Positions 15,710 to 23,132 of a stretch of DNA of 50,140 bases are shown here, piece after piece. Position 1 is the stretch's first letter, and the number at the start of each line of letters is the position of its first letter. Origin of the DNA: Minisyncoccota bacterium (GTDB taxonomy: Bacteria; Patescibacteriota; Minisyncoccia; Phycocordibacterales; DATDSR01). Where the stretch lies: the NCBI GenBank assembly GCA_036517855.1, contig DATDSR010000021.1, forward strand, positions 1 to 50,140. The letters are read 5' to 3'. The notes below the pieces were generated by a model. The model did no database searches and had not been told where the DNA came from. It saw only the letters and a program-made list of their open reading frames with translations. The translations under genes and the position numbers were made by a program.

Positions 15710-18700
15710 ATGAAACGAGCGGCTCTACTCTGTGCCCTCATCCTTGTAATACCGGCCTCCGCCCTGGCCAAAACTCCCGACTCCCGCGCCACACACAAAG
15801 CGCGTGCCTCGGCCGTCCAAGTAACCTCGACCAGCTCCGACTCTCCCTCAAGCCTCACCCAATCGGGCACTCTCACACTCTCAAGCGACCGCAAGCTTGA
15901 AGCCGAGATTGACCTATACAACGACCTCTCGTTCATCCGCGTTGAGGGAGCGCGTCCGTGGCGCGTCTTCAGTCGCCCAAGCGAACTCACCCTCACTATC
16001 TCCGGCCTCATTCCCGGCAAGACATACTATCTATACAAAGAGAAGCTCCGCAATCCTGAAACGTTCACCGCTTCGCCCACAGGCAGTTATTCTCTCACCC
16101 TCCCCACACCCACCCACAGATACCTCATCCTCAAAACCAAACCTTCCACCTACCACATAGACAACAGTGCCACCGGTGGTGACTGCCCAAGCATCGGCAC
16201 GTGGAGCACCACCACCAAAACCTGCACCCTCTCCGCCACCGCTCCCATCAACCAAACTATCGAGATAGACGACGGCGACATCACTCTCGATGGGGTAGGT
16301 CGTGTCATTAGCCACAGCGACTCCATCGGCGTCTATGCCAACAAAGATCCCATTTTCGACGACGCCATGGCCAACATCGTCATCAAGAACCTCACCCTCT
16401 TGGGCCCCACTGTGGGCGTGCACCTAGTGGACGTACCCGGCCACAGAGTGGAGAACGTGACCGTGAGGAGCACCGTCACCGGCATTGATCTGAAGGATGA
16501 CATCAACATCACGCTCACCGGCAACAGTGTCGAGGGCTCAAGTGGCACAGGCCTCATCATCCGCAACACGGCCGGTGTGACGGTCACCCGCAATAACTTC
16601 ATCGCCAACGTGACAGATCTTGAGGTGAGTGGCTCAAGCGGAGTGGTGCTAGACACCCCAACCAACCGAGGCAACTACTGGAGCAAGTTCACGGAGTGTA
16701 CCCAAGCCCCCGCTCCGGCCAACCCCAACCACTGCACCAACTCTCATGATGCTGGTCCCGTCACCGACCACCTCCCGTGGGCTTGCAAAGATGGCTGGAA
16801 GGCGGGGAAGGTGTGCGACGTGGTGGATGTGCCGCCACCGCCAGGGGGAGGAGGTGGCGGAGCCACGGATTTAATATCCCAATACAATGTTTGTGCCCCG
16901 GGCGGTAGTTATGCCGAGATCATTTCAACTTTAAATCAGGCCCCAATCTATACCACCGCTGATTTAACTAGTGTGAAATTGAAGCAAGTTCCGCCTGCTT
17001 GGGTGGTTCAAGTTACAGATTCAACCGGTGCAACCTTCTGGAAGATTAAAGATTTGTCTGATAACACAGTGGGGTATGTGGAGAAATCAAAACTGTGCAC
17101 AAATCCTGGTCGTGAAGAAGAGTTTTTAGCCAAGACTAAACTTTGGAATAATGACGCAGACACTGCTGACAGGAAGAGCATTGTGGTGGACGCAATTAAC
17201 CAGTACTACAACAATACTGACGCTCGATCACTACTCTACACAATCGGTGGGGGTGATGGCGGTAACAATTTCGGAAGTATAAATTCTAGTTCACTATTTA
17301 GACCTATCATTGGATCAATTCTACAAGACGAGACCGGCCTTTCTGCAAAATATGACAACAGAATTTGCGGCTCAAATGGTGACGGCGGTACTGGCCTAAT
17401 GCAACTAACCAATTTGCTGGGTATCGGTGGGGTTGTATTTGAGCCGAAGGGCATGGGTAGTGGATTAGTACAAAAGATACCCGGTAATGACAATTGCCGT
17501 AAAAATAATGGTTATATCGCAAAGTACTACGGTAATTCTGAGCAAGGGATAATGGCAAACGTCAAAGATGGAATTCGTGTTTTCGCAGACAAGTGGGCAC
17601 TTGCAGACAACGCAGAAGCTGTGCCAGGAGTATCTGCCCAAGAAATGCGCCTTGCCTCGGCCATCTATAGGTATAATCAGGGATCACCATTTAAGGCTCA
17701 GTTTGCCTACTATGCGTGGGCTACTTCAACAACTCCGACGAAGTTATTGAACTACCTGATAGCTAACGGATACAATAATCTACTAACAAATTCGGGCCTT
17801 ATCGGAACTACAACCGAGGCTCGAATCACATGGCTACAGCATGTTCAAACAAAGTGCGTTGGGATTACTCAAACTCGAGAGTGTTTGGAAGTACTCACAA
17901 AGGATAAATCCTTTTTTAATGGTTTTACAGCCCCACCTCTTTATCTTGAGCGCATCGGTAAGGAGATGATGGCCAATGACCTGGGTTCCACGTTCGAAAA
18001 TGCCACTTTTGGCCAGAAGCTAATTGACATAAATAATTCTCAGTTAATACTGTCGCTTGCTTCTCCGGCAGAAATACAAGTGGTTGATTCATCCGGAAGG
18101 AAGGCGGGTTCATTTGATGGTTCAGTTATTACTAAAATTCCAAATTCTGTTTATACCCCTGAGGCTGAATCGTTGACACTATTTTCGCCAGGCTCATCAA
18201 ACTTGTACAAGGTCGTGGGTAAGGCAGACGGTACGTACTCATTTTCTGTTTTATATACAAGTAGCTTGGGTGTATTCCGTGTAATTGCTGCTGGTATCCA
18301 TACCAAACTAGGGCAGATTGATACTTATAGCTTTGATTGGGATAATATCGCCTCTGGTGGCAACGGTGTGACAGTTAAGATTGATACCAATGGGGATGGT
18401 ATCCCGGAGCGAACTATCGTCCAGAACAACGAAATCACTGCTTCAGAGCTGGGCTATGGTTCAAATGGCAATGATGGGATAAAAGACAAAGTCAATATTT
18501 GCCACAAGCCACCGGGTAACCCCGGTAACGCTCATACGATCACCATAGGAGCATCGGCTATTAAAGCGCACATTGCTCATGGCGACACAGTGGGGAAATG
18601 TGATGACGATGGGAAAGATAAGGGCGACAAAGAGGACGAGGTCGAAAACAACGAGAATGGAGACAAGGATGACAAGCACGAAGAAGATGATAAAAGTGAG

Positions 18701-18796
18701 AAGGGAGGAAAGAACAAGAAGGACGATAAGCAGGACGGTGATAAAGGTAAATCATCCGAGTCTCAGCCCAAAAAAGATAAGAAAAATAAACAATGA
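15710..18796 (+). CDS. large secreted protein: right-handed beta-helix repeats, SLT-like lytic transglycosylase region and K/D/E-rich tail
   Basis: The signal peptide is MKRAALLCALILVIPASALA. Parallel beta-helix-type repeats are present (ITLTGNSVEGSSGTGLIIRNTAGVTVTRNNFIAN). GTGLMQLT resembles the SLT motif. A Cys/His motif ICHKPPGNPGNAHTITIG..AHIAHGD precedes a lysine/acidic tail. Confidence 0.75.
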   Translation: MKRAALLCALILVIPASALAKTPDSRATHKARASAVQVTSTSSDSPSSLTQSGTLTLSSDRKLEAEIDLYNDLSFIRVEGARPWRVFSRPSELTLTISGLIPGKTYYLYKEKLRNPETFTASPTGSYSLTLPTPTHRYLILKTKPSTYHIDNSATGGDCPSIGTWSTTTKTCTLSATAPINQTIEIDDGDITLDGVGRVISHSDSIGVYANKDPIFDDAMANIVIKNLTLLGPTVGVHLVDVPGHRVENVTVRSTVTGIDLKDDINITLTGNSVEGSSGTGLIIRNTAGVTVTRNNFIANVTDLEVSGSSGVVLDTPTNRGNYWSKFTECTQAPAPANPNHCTNSHDAGPVTDHLPWACKDGWKAGKVCDVVDVPPPPGGGGGGATDLISQYNVCAPGGSYAEIISTLNQAPIYTTADLTSVKLKQVPPAWVVQVTDSTGATFWKIKDLSDNTVGYVEKSKLCTNPGREEEFLAKTKLWNNDADTADRKSIVVDAINQYYNNTDARSLLYTIGGGDGGNNFGSINSSSLFRPIIGSILQDETGLSAKYDNRICGSNGDGGTGLMQLTNLLGIGGVVFEPKGMGSGLVQKIPGNDNCRKNNGYIAKYYGNSEQGIMANVKDGIRVFADKWALADNAEAVPGVSAQEMRLASAIYRYNQGSPFKAQFAYYAWATSTTPTKLLNYLIANGYNNLLTNSGLIGTTTEARITWLQHVQTKCVGITQTRECLEVLTKDKSFFNGFTAPPLYLERIGKEMMANDLGSTFENATFGQKLIDINNSQLILSLASPAEIQVVDSSGRKAGSFDGSVITKIPNSVYTPEAESLTLFSPGSSNLYKVVGKADGTYSFSVLYTSSLGVFRVIAAGIHTKLGQIDTYSFDWDNIASGGNGVTVKIDTNGDGIPERTIVQNNEITASELGYGSNGNDGIKDKVNICHKPPGNPGNAHTITIGASAIKAHIAHGDTVGKCDDDGKDKGDKEDEVENNENGDKDDKHEEDDKSEKGGKNKKDDKQDGDKGKSSESQPKKDKKNKQ

Positions 18797-19413
18797 CCAG
18801 CCATTCAAATAAATATTTGATTTTTGGAGTGCTTCTTGTTGTTTTGGCTATTTTGTTAGTTGCTATACCAACGAGGCCGGGAGATGCTGGGGTAGGTGAT
18901 AAGTGGCTAACAGCGACCATGAAAAGTATTGACGGGACTGTTCAACTATCATTTAGTTACCCCGATAAATCATACGACAATGGTCCTAATCTTTGGCAGG
19001 ACAGGGTTGAGTTTAATACAAGGATAAATGATCCTAATTACACGGATACCGAAGAATTTCACCTGACATTACTAAATATTGATGCTACCTCGAGTGGTTC
19101 TTGGATGTCAAAACAGATAGAGGATGCACTAAGAGAAGATGCACCACCGCAACACACGAGTAGCACAATGATTGGTAGAGTGGCGGAGGTTTTTGAATGG
19201 AATTACAGTGATGGTCACAGTGCAAGGATCATTGATATTATTTTGTCTGAACACACTGTACTAGAAATATATGAAAAACTACCCGAAATCGGGAAAGACC
19301 CAATGACGGATGAGCAAAAGAGACTCGCTGCCGAATACGATGCTCACTTCGCAAGATATCATGCGACTGTCCGAAAGATAATCGATTCCATCAGGATTGA
19401 GAAAATAAATTAG
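18793..19413 (+). CDS. membrane-anchored hypothetical protein
   Basis: It overlaps the previous stop (ATGA). It has an N-terminal TM segment (LIFGVLLVVLAILLVAI). Confidence 0.6.
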   Translation: MTSHSNKYLIFGVLLVVLAILLVAIPTRPGDAGVGDKWLTATMKSIDGTVQLSFSYPDKSYDNGPNLWQDRVEFNTRINDPNYTDTEEFHLTLLNIDATSSGSWMSKQIEDALREDAPPQHTSSTMIGRVAEVFEWNYSDGHSARIIDIILSEHTVLEIYEKLPEIGKDPMTDEQKRLAAEYDAHFARYHATVRKIIDSIRIEKIN

Positions 19414-19425
19414 TAATCGCAGAGC

Positions 19426-19457
19426 CCATCTGACTTATCCACAGGTGGTTGTTTTTT
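19426..19457 (+). terminator. rho-independent terminator (loop contains TTATCCACA)
   Basis: A 7-bp stem CCATCTG/CAGGTGG is followed by TTGTTTTTT. Confidence 0.6.
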
Positions 19458-19587
19458 GCTCTTGACACGTGATACTATCGAATTAGTGAAGTAGCCCTCG
19501 GTCTTTGTTTTTCACCTTTTCCCCTGTTTTATCCCGCAAAGCCTTGGCGGCGTGGGACAGCGGGGCGGCACCGAAAGGAGCCAAGTC

Positions 19588-20064
19588 ATGAAGACGTCAG
19601 GTCGGTTTTCCTTGGTGGCCTTCGCGGCCGCCCTCGTTCTCGCAGGATGTGGTGGTCAGTCCATCACCGGCCCGTCGACTATCGAAAAGTCGGTCATCAG
19701 CGCGGAAGGCACCACTGCCACGCCCTCCCCGGCTGATTCCCCCGACTGGTTCGTTGTCCACATCGCCGCCTCCGGTCCGTACTGGAGCGTTGGTACGCCC
19801 GCTAACGCATCCTTGTTTTGTGAGGACCCCAACGAGCCTCTCACAAAGCGGGGTTCCAGTTTGGACTTCCTGATGCCTGGTGATGGGATAGTGAAACTTC
19901 CCCCGCCAGGCACCACGGCCTGTGGCACCTGTAAGCTTCAGATTTTGTCCTTCTCCTCTCAGATACCAAAGGGTGGTACAGCTACTGAGGGGGTGGAAAA
20001 GCTGACCAAGGAAGTGAGCATTCCGTGCCCTGCGGGCCAGACACCTGTGACCGCAGGCAAGTAA
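19588..20064 (+). CDS. lipoprotein (hypothetical)
   Basis: ORF 19552..20064. ATG 19588 is preceded by AAAGGAG. The lipobox LVLAGC is present. Confidence 0.7.
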   Translation: MKTSGRFSLVAFAAALVLAGCGGQSITGPSTIEKSVISAEGTTATPSPADSPDWFVVHIAASGPYWSVGTPANASLFCEDPNEPLTKRGSSLDFLMPGDGIVKLPPPGTTACGTCKLQILSFSSQIPKGGTATEGVEKLTKEVSIPCPAGQTPVTAGK

Positions 20065-20074
20065 GCGCAATCAT

Positions 20075-20104
20075 CGCCGGCTACAGGACATCCTGTGGCC
20101 GGCG
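20075..20104 (+). terminator. strong GC hairpin without U-tract (possible terminator)
   Basis: CGCCGGCTACAGG/CCTGTGGCCGGCG forms about 13 bp with one G-T pair. Confidence 0.45.
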
Positions 20105-20153
20105 CAACAATTACACTATTGTCCACACGCAAAGATTTTAGGCATAGTTTCTG

Positions 20154-20162
20154 TGGTATCAT
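20154..20162 (+). promoter_or_regulatory. extended -10 (TGgTATCAT) 8 nt upstream of ATG 20171
   Basis: There is no SD between this hexamer and the start codon, so the mRNA could be leaderless or near-leaderless. Confidence 0.4.
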
Positions 20163-20170
20163 TTGTACAT

Positions 20171-22945
20171 ATGAAGAAGTTTTTCTTTCTTGCCCCTCTC
20201 TTTGTTTTGATAATAAATTTTGCCACTCCTACTCCAAGTTTCGCCGTCAAGAATGCTCTATCGGACGCTCTTTGGGTGAGCTATTCGGGTGTTCCCGATA
20301 CGATGGTTGTGGGTGAGAGCAAAACTGTCTCTGTCACTTTCAAAAACGATTATTGGGAGAATGACGAAAACACATATTATTTAGCTGTTTGGAAGAGTGC
20401 CTTCAACGCAATTCGGCCGACTGGCTACGGGTGGGGGGTGGTAGAAGTTTCACTCGGCAAAGACGTTGATCCCCTTAAAAATTATACTTTCACCTTCACT
20501 ATCAAGGCACCCAACACGCCGGGTACTTATGATTTTGCTTGGCGGATGTACCGCGCAGACTTCAAGCCACTGGGTTTTTTCGGCCAGCCGGGGGTAATAA
20601 AAAAGATTGTTGTGACAGCCCCTCCCACGGTTGCGATTACGGCCAATGGTAAGGGGGGTTCTATTACCATCGACTATGGCACGGCGGCTGCACTTAAGTG
20701 GACTTCGACAGGAGCTACCAAGTGTACAGCTCAACCGCCAGACTGGAGTGGGGGCAAAGCGCTTAACGGTGGTGAATCAACGGGCAATCTCACATCCAAG
20801 AAGACGTACACCCTCAAATGTGAGAACGCCGCCGGCCAGTTTGATACTGACACAGTGGTAGTGAACGTTAGTGGTGGCGGCGGAGGCGGGGGTGGTGGAG
20901 GGGGAGGCGAGCAAAACAAAGCGCCTGTTGTTAATGCCGGGCCGGATCAAACTATCACTTTGCCAGCAAACGCTCAACTTGATGGCAAGGCCACGGATGA
21001 TGGTTTGCCCAACCCACCCAAGTCACTCTACTATATTTGGAGCAAAGTGGATGGTCCGGGCACGGTCACTTGGAGCAACAAAAACATTCCCAAACCTACC
21101 GCCACTTTTTCCATTGAGGGTATTTATAAGCTCAAACTTACCGCTTGTGATAATTTTAAGAACGGCTCGTGTGAAGGCCTTTCGGGCAGTGCCAATGTCC
21201 AAATTACCGTAAACAAGTCCGACGGCGGAGATAATGATCCCCCCCCCGAGCCACCCGCTTGCCCTATCTCACCCGAGACTCCGCCTGATTCACTTGGACG
21301 CACTATCGTCAACTTCACCGATGCCTATTCACCAACTTTGGCTTGGATGGGCACAAAGGAGAGCGAGTCCCACTCTCAAGCTTCGCAAAACGTTTCGCTC
21401 ACTGCCGGCAATTACCGTGTTACCCTGGCCGAGTGGGATGACCACACCGGCCAAAAGAATTGTTGGCAGAGTGGTAACTGTCCGAAGGAGGGTTGGCAAC
21501 AACCAAACGAAGCCTACCACTTAAGTATCAACGACGGACAGTTGGCTACCCCCGATACAGGTGACTTGACTGACGATGAGGACCTGCGTGTGGATGTGGT
21601 TAACACAGTTTTGACTTTGACCGACGTTACGACTGTCCAACCCTTCCACGCGCCAACCTACCCAGATAACTCCAACTCCAACTCCGTCGTGGCCATCTGC
21701 GCCTCCTTCGACAGGCTCGCCCCGCCAGAGATTACATTTGACGCCAATCCCACCAACGTGCCAGAGGGGGGCACCACTTCTCTTACCTGGACAAGCACAC
21801 ACACCGACTCTTGCGCGAGTTCCCAAGGCTCCGAGGACTGGGCAAATGGGTTCCGTCCCACGGAGGGCGAGTGGTCCTCGCAGGCACTTACCCCCGGAGA
21901 GTACACATATATCTTAAGTTGCGTTGGCCCGGGAGGCCTGACCTCCGCGAGTGTCACCGTCACTGTGGGCCCCATATTCCCGCCCACTCTTACCTTCACG
22001 GCCGATCCCACGAGTGTAGACTCTGGCGAAACGACCACTCTCACTTGGGATAGTAGTTACGCGGAGAGTTGCTTAGCCACAGATGGTTCGCAAGGTTGGC
22101 CCGGCGTGTATCAAGCCGATGGCGAGTGGACCTCTGGCCCTCTCACTCAAACCACCACCTTCACCCTTACCTGCACCGGAGCAAAGGGTGAAGTTATCAA
22201 GGACGCAACAGTGACAGTCAAAGATAAAAGCCAAGACCCCACCCTCACCTTCACCGCCGACCCCACCTCGGTTCTATCTGGCGAGACAACTACTCTCACG
22301 TGGACCACTGATAACGTAGAGAGTTGCACGGCCTCGAGTGTGCCCCCAGATCCTTTGTGGACGGGTGCTGTACCGCCAAACGGCAACAGAGAGACAAGTC
22401 CAATCAACCAAACCACTATTTACACGCTCACCTGTTTGGGCACCAACGGCGATACGATTGTAAAAGATGTGCAGGTCACCGTGAGCCCCTTCACCTTCTC
22501 GGTGGATTTGAAGGCTCGGGCAGGTGGTGCTTATGGTGATACAGCAGAGGGGGTTGTGCCACTTAATGACCTTGATTTGCGAGCGATTATTGCAGGCACT
22601 GCCAAAGGTCCGATTGATTATGTGTTTGACTGTGGCAACGGTGACCCGCTCATCAATAAAGTAGACAACACGGGTACCTCGCCCTACGATGTACTAGATG
22701 TATGCAGTTACCCAGAGGAGGGTAAATTTACCGTGGAGGTAACCGCCACGCGCAGTGGCATAGTCGACAGTGACACAGCCGAGGTTACCGTAGCCTTGGC
22801 CTGTCAGCTTGACCTTGGTATTGGTATGGCTACGCCGCCGCGCTCTGATCGTTTTGCTGTCCTGGCATCTCTAGACTATCGAGAGCTTTTTCGGCCTCTG
22901 CGGCAATCTCTTCTAGCAACTGTGCCTTTCTTGTTTCGGCTCTAG
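20171..22945 (+). CDS. large secreted multi-domain surface protein (NBR1-like N-terminal domain, Ig/PKD-like repeats, poly-Gly linker)
   Basis: The signal peptide is MKKFFFLAPLFVLIINFATPTPSFA. There is an 11-Gly run at 20873..20908. NKAPVVNAGPDQTITLP is a PKD/Ig-like segment. Three tandem ~85-aa repeats follow. The C-terminal 40-50 aa look unstructured and overlap a convergent ORF. Confidence 0.8.
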   Translation: MKKFFFLAPLFVLIINFATPTPSFAVKNALSDALWVSYSGVPDTMVVGESKTVSVTFKNDYWENDENTYYLAVWKSAFNAIRPTGYGWGVVEVSLGKDVDPLKNYTFTFTIKAPNTPGTYDFAWRMYRADFKPLGFFGQPGVIKKIVVTAPPTVAITANGKGGSITIDYGTAAALKWTSTGATKCTAQPPDWSGGKALNGGESTGNLTSKKTYTLKCENAAGQFDTDTVVVNVSGGGGGGGGGGGGEQNKAPVVNAGPDQTITLPANAQLDGKATDDGLPNPPKSLYYIWSKVDGPGTVTWSNKNIPKPTATFSIEGIYKLKLTACDNFKNGSCEGLSGSANVQITVNKSDGGDNDPPPEPPACPISPETPPDSLGRTIVNFTDAYSPTLAWMGTKESESHSQASQNVSLTAGNYRVTLAEWDDHTGQKNCWQSGNCPKEGWQQPNEAYHLSINDGQLATPDTGDLTDDEDLRVDVVNTVLTLTDVTTVQPFHAPTYPDNSNSNSVVAICASFDRLAPPEITFDANPTNVPEGGTTSLTWTSTHTDSCASSQGSEDWANGFRPTEGEWSSQALTPGEYTYILSCVGPGGLTSASVTVTVGPIFPPTLTFTADPTSVDSGETTTLTWDSSYAESCLATDGSQGWPGVYQADGEWTSGPLTQTTTFTLTCTGAKGEVIKDATVTVKDKSQDPTLTFTADPTSVLSGETTTLTWTTDNVESCTASSVPPDPLWTGAVPPNGNRETSPINQTTIYTLTCLGTNGDTIVKDVQVTVSPFTFSVDLKARAGGAYGDTAEGVVPLNDLDLRAIIAGTAKGPIDYVFDCGNGDPLINKVDNTGTSPYDVLDVCSYPEEGKFTVEVTATRSGIVDSDTAEVTVALACQLDLGIGMATPPRSDRFAVLASLDYRELFRPLRQSLLATVPFLFRL
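21731..22485 (+). repeat. three tandem ~255-nt (about 85-aa) domain repeats inside the surface protein
   Basis: The repeats are ITFDANPTNVPEGGTTSLTWTS...C, LTFTADPTSVDSGETTTLTWDS...C and LTFTADPTSVLSGETTTLTWTT...C. Each ends in ...VTV. Confidence 0.8.
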
Positions 22946-23090
22946 CTAGAGCTCCCTTGGCTTGTCTCCACGTATCATCTTTTAGTTGCATTTTTTCTTT
23001 TGTCTCTATCGTGCGTTTGGCGATTCCCACATTGAAATCAATGCTTTTTAGAATCTCGGGACCCGAATTTTTTGCTAGTTCGTTATTCAT
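22830..23090 (-). CDS. small coiled-coil protein (uncertain)
   Basis: 86 aa with plausible heptad-rich sequence (RQAKGALARAETRKAQLLEEIAAEAEKAL). It has no SD and overlaps the 3-prime end of the surface-protein ORF by 116 nt. Confidence 0.35.
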   Translation of the reverse strand: MNNELAKNSGPEILKSIDFNVGIAKRTIETKEKMQLKDDTWRQAKGALARAETRKAQLLEEIAAEAEKALDSLEMPGQQNDQSAAA

Positions 23091-23132
23091 AGTTTTTGGT
23101 GTGTTTAATTATGTTATATTGTATGTCTAAAT

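Noticed and set aside
20171-22945. Diversity-generating retroelement targeting the large surface proteins (DGRs are common in CPR genomes).
   Set aside because: There is no reverse transcriptase ORF and no template/variable repeat pair with adenine-specific mismatches. The only diverged duplicate found (the rplK terminus) shows mixed substitution types.
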